Below are positions 61,076 to 64,000 of a stretch of DNA of 64,000 bases, one piece after another (the stretch's first letter is position 1; each line of letters begins with the position of its first letter). The notes under the pieces are model-generated. The model did no database searches and was not told the DNA's origin. It saw only the letters and a program-made list of their open reading frames with translations. Both the position numbers and the translations under genes were made by a program. The DNA lies in the NCBI GenBank assembly GCA_965216495.1, contig OZ244163.1, positions 96,127-160,126 on the forward strand, written 5' to 3'. Source of the stretch: Acidimicrobiia bacterium. GTDB lineage: Bacteria > Actinomycetota > Acidimicrobiia > Spongiisociales > ZC4RG35.

Positions 61076-62212
61076 TTGCAAGTAGCGGTTGCCACATCAA
61101 CGCACCATCTCCGCAACGAGACCATCCAACAGTGGGATCGATTGGCAATACACTCCGACCAGCCATTCGCTAGCCCTCACTGGCTGTTGCCTTGGTGGAA
61201 GCATGCGAGTCCGAGATCCGCTGGGCTTCGCATCGTTACTGTCAGCGACCAGGATCAATTGGCTGCAGTGCTACCTTTGTTCGTGGAGAAGACCGCTCTG
61301 GGGCAGCGCTATCGATTCTTGGGGTCTGGGGCGTCGCCAACGGTCGACATTGTCGCAAACGAACATGCAATCAACGACACCACGTGGCTAAGGAAGGCCA
61401 TGGCAGCTCTTCAGCCCTCGCCCCGAGCTGTGATTTGGGATGGGACGCCTGAGGCATCTCCGTGGCCAGACCAGATGAAACACCAGTGGGAGGGGGGCGG
61501 CGCGCTATCCGATGAGTTCGGAATGAGAATCCCCCGGCTCACGCTCAGTTACCCGAGTTTTGATGACTGGTACCAGTCGAAGAGCCGCAACTTTAGACAG
61601 AAGACAAAACAGCAGAGCAAACGACTCAGCCAGTCCGACGCCAGGTTCGAACTCCTCGAACGCCCAGCCAGTTGGGCTGATGAGATACAGACGTTCGCTC
61701 AACTTCACCGAGCTGTGTGGGACCGGAAGGGCGGGTCGAGTGTCCTTCGCCCCGGCATGGAGGCGGCCCTTGTCGATGCTGCGGAAGCCCTCGCCCCCCA
61801 TGGGCGGTTCTTTGTCTGGAAATTGGTGTTTGGTGAGCGGGCCGTCTCGAGCGCGATCTTTTTCGCTGCCGGTCAGGTGCTCAGCTATTGGCTCGGCGGC
61901 TACGACCCAGAATGGGCTCGATTTCAACCAGGCCTGATGACGTTGATACGTGCCATCGAACACGCCTACGACGGTGACTACGAGCTGCTCGACCTCGGAC
62001 CTGGAGCCCAGTCCTACAAATACCGGCTGTCAGACAACGAAACCAGAGCAACGTGGCATACGACGAGCCAACACGGTTTTGGCCACCAAACTCAACGCCT
62101 TCACCTCGCCAACTCTCGGGCAAGGATGGCCCTCGCCGACACCCTGCCGGAGGACTTGAAGAACAGATTGAAACGCATTAGACGGTGGACGGCTGACCGG
62201 CAGTCACACTGA
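61076..62212 (+). CDS. CelD/BioF2/FemAB-like GNAT acyltransferase (Acetyltransf_6-like)
   Basis: 378 aa. The C-terminal GNAT-like fold with ...YWLGGYDPEWARFQPG... resembles the cellulose-biosynthesis CelD-like family. Confidence 0.5.
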   Translation: MQVAVATSTHHLRNETIQQWDRLAIHSDQPFASPHWLLPWWKHASPRSAGLRIVTVSDQDQLAAVLPLFVEKTALGQRYRFLGSGASPTVDIVANEHAINDTTWLRKAMAALQPSPRAVIWDGTPEASPWPDQMKHQWEGGGALSDEFGMRIPRLTLSYPSFDDWYQSKSRNFRQKTKQQSKRLSQSDARFELLERPASWADEIQTFAQLHRAVWDRKGGSSVLRPGMEAALVDAAEALAPHGRFFVWKLVFGERAVSSAIFFAAGQVLSYWLGGYDPEWARFQPGLMTLIRAIEHAYDGDYELLDLGPGAQSYKYRLSDNETRATWHTTSQHGFGHQTQRLHLANSRARMALADTLPEDLKNRLKRIRRWTADRQSH

Positions 62213-62222
62213 TGATCAGGCT

Positions 62223-63320
62223 CTAACCAGCGAGCTTCAAGACTTCAGCCACAATCCTATCGATGGTCTCGGGGCGAAGTTCTTGATGGACCGGGAGAAT
62301 GACTGTCGAGCCGCGGAAAGAGTCAGCCACCGGATATTGGTCAACTGGAAACGTTGGGTGAGGAAAGGTCCAAAACCGGATGCAATTGACGTCCTTCTCG
62401 CGTAGCCGTGTCACCCATTCGTCCACGCGGGGGGCGGTAATTGGGAAAGCAAAAGGCGATGCGCCTTCAGGCAGCTGCTCAAATGGTCGAGGGACCAAAT
62501 GGGCCAACCCCGCCAAGAGCGATCGATAGTTGTCTCGACGCCTGCCCGTTGCTCGTTCATCAAGCGTTCGATGCAGCAAGAACGAAGTTATGGTCGAGGG
62601 AGGGGTAGACGGATCGCCAAGAGCGAACTCCTTTTCGTCGTCTTGTGTGTCACCGGTAAGCATGCGCTTACGCCTAACAGCTCGCTGAAGTCCTGACACC
62701 GACCTCGAGAACTGACCGAGCCAAGCTCCGTGTCTCAGTGCAGCCTTGCGAAACCCGAGCCCACCTGTGCTGCGCACCGACACCGACCCGTGCGAAGAAA
62801 CAAGAGCTGCTCCATCGGGAAGGCCAAACGATTTGTAGAGGCAGAATATCGCTAAGTCACCCATCGATCCGACGGGGACGCCCGCACTTTCAGCCATGAA
62901 CGCCTGAGCCGCATCTTCGATCAATGCGATACCTCGTTGGTCACACCACTTCCGCCACCTCTTGACGTCTTGGGGGAACCCCAAATAGTGAATCAAGTGG
63001 AGCGCGGCGACATCACCATCCACCAGGTCGTCAAGAGCGCCCAAATCGGGTTCAAGACCAGGAGTCAATGGGTAATAAACACATCTCATCCCCGCCTGGA
63101 TGAGCGCCTCAACCTCCGAGCCGTGGTGCAGAGACGGAACCAATACCGACTTGCCCGCCAGTCCGTCAATCGAGCGGACTCCATTCCACAGGGCGTGGCG
63201 CCCCAGGCTGAAAAGGGTGCACGAAGGATCGCCCAACGGGAACGGGACTTCCCGAGCTTTTGGCGCCAGGTATCGGCGAGGGTCAAGCGAGGGCCAAACC
63301 CCAGCGTGAAAGGTTTTCAA
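62223..63320 (-). CDS. DegT/DnrJ/EryC1/StrS-family PLP-dependent sugar aminotransferase
   Basis: Candidate PLP-lysine motif FCLYKSFGLPDGAALVS; 365 aa. Confidence 0.55.
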   Translation of the reverse strand: MKTFHAGVWPSLDPRRYLAPKAREVPFPLGDPSCTLFSLGRHALWNGVRSIDGLAGKSVLVPSLHHGSEVEALIQAGMRCVYYPLTPGLEPDLGALDDLVDGDVAALHLIHYLGFPQDVKRWRKWCDQRGIALIEDAAQAFMAESAGVPVGSMGDLAIFCLYKSFGLPDGAALVSSHGSVSVRSTGGLGFRKAALRHGAWLGQFSRSVSGLQRAVRRKRMLTGDTQDDEKEFALGDPSTPPSTITSFLLHRTLDERATGRRRDNYRSLLAGLAHLVPRPFEQLPEGASPFAFPITAPRVDEWVTRLREKDVNCIRFWTFPHPTFPVDQYPVADSFRGSTVILPVHQELRPETIDRIVAEVLKLAG

Positions 63321-64000
63321 CGGAGTGGCCCCCGAACTCGTGCTAGAGCGGTCCGGAGGCGCCTCCGAGTGTTGCTGTTCAGCTTGTCACGGGCCCACGC
63401 CACAGCCTTGGACCTAAGGTCCATATGAAGTCGGTCCACTCGTTGGTAGATCCACCCGGAGATGCTGGCGTCATATAACACGAGCCGTATCAACTCCAAC
63501 GCATCATCGGCCCAATCAGATTTCCAATCGTTGTGCCCTCCTTCATCTGTGCCCATGAACTCGTAGGACGATATGCCGGAGTTGAAGCAGCGCTCAATCA
63601 TCTTCATACGAAGAAGCTGCCCCGGACCGAACCGTCGGAATTCAGGAGCAAAGCCGGTCTTGAGGAGGTAGTGACTGTCGTCCGTCTCGAGAGACAAGTC
63701 CGCTGCGATTGTCGTTCCGTCCAGGCGCAGGGTGGCAATGCGAAGCCAACCCTGGTCGCGAGCCCACTCTGCGAGCGATTGATAGAACCGAAGCGACTCG
63801 CCTCTTGAGGCTATGGCCGTCCCCTGATCTGCCTTCCAACCAGATGATTCGATCCGAAGAAATTCCGAGAGGTGCTCATTGAGATCTCCCTCGCCCTCGA
63901 AGACAACCAGACCCAAGCTTCCCGTTTCAGAAAGCCGTCGCTCGCGCCGACGGATCTCGCTTCGGCGGCGCGATGGCACACGCTCAAGGAAGGTGTCCCA
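63317..64000 (-). CDS. CelD/FemAB-like acyltransferase, C-terminal part (gene runs off the window end)
   Basis: The reading frame stays open through 64000. Conserved ...SYEFMGTDEGGHNDWK... region. Confidence 0.45.
   Translation of the reverse strand, partial: WDTFLERVPSRRRSEIRRRERRLSETGSLGLVVFEGEGDLNEHLSEFLRIESSGWKADQGTAIASRGESLRFYQSLAEWARDQGWLRIATLRLDGTTIAADLSLETDDSHYLLKTGFAPEFRRFGPGQLLRMKMIERCFNSGISSYEFMGTDEGGHNDWKSDWADDALELIRLVLYDASISGWIYQRVDRLHMDLRSKAVAWARDKLNSNTRRRLRTALARVRGPLR

Overview
High-GC actinobacterial-type chromosome segment; the gene order matches the mycobacterial/actinomycete core. The window is mostly conserved housekeeping loci: hflX, ppgK, gnd, serB, pepN, rplL-rplJ, rplA-rplK-nusG-secE-tRNA-Trp, rpmG-tuf-tRNA(Met/Thr/Tyr), htpX, groEL-groES with two CIRCE operators, tsaD-rimI-tsaB-tsaE, udg, alr, nnr and acpS. 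Two accessory regions break this up.

(1) A ~13 kb lineage-specific block (about 14.0-27.3 kb) is wedged into the normally contiguous rpmG/hadAB-tRNA-Trp-secE junction. It encodes secreted Cys-rich proteins, two tandem DUF3592-like membrane proteins, and a run of small membrane proteins/transporters (EamA, MFS). Each of these is preceded by a 16-bp inverted-repeat motif, CATAA-N6-TTATG, present in 7 copies. A startless XRE-type HTH reading frame ends 3 bp before one motif copy. The block also holds a Kelch-propeller/membrane ORF, a lipoprotein, and a SelW-like selenoprotein whose in-frame TGA (CxxU) is followed by a SECIS-like hairpin and which ORF calling truncated. It further contains a secreted S1 protease, a fasciclin protein, and an ECF sigma factor with a membrane ZAS anti-sigma.

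(2) From about 47 kb to the window end there is a Wzx/Wzy-dependent surface-polysaccharide locus. It has three GT4 glycosyltransferases, a flippase, a polymerase, a Wzc-like tyrosine kinase/co-polymerase and a secreted beta-helix glycanase/epimerase-like protein. Less usually, it also has an APH-like kinase, a P-loop kinase-like protein, a DegT aminotransferase and two CelD/FemAB-like acyltransferases. It is probably an amino-acid/amino-sugar-decorated glycan; this is an inference.

No CRISPR, integrase or transposase was seen. Several strong GC-rich hairpin terminators sit at convergent gene junctions, two of them near-identical. All functional calls rest on motif recognition by eye, not database searches.
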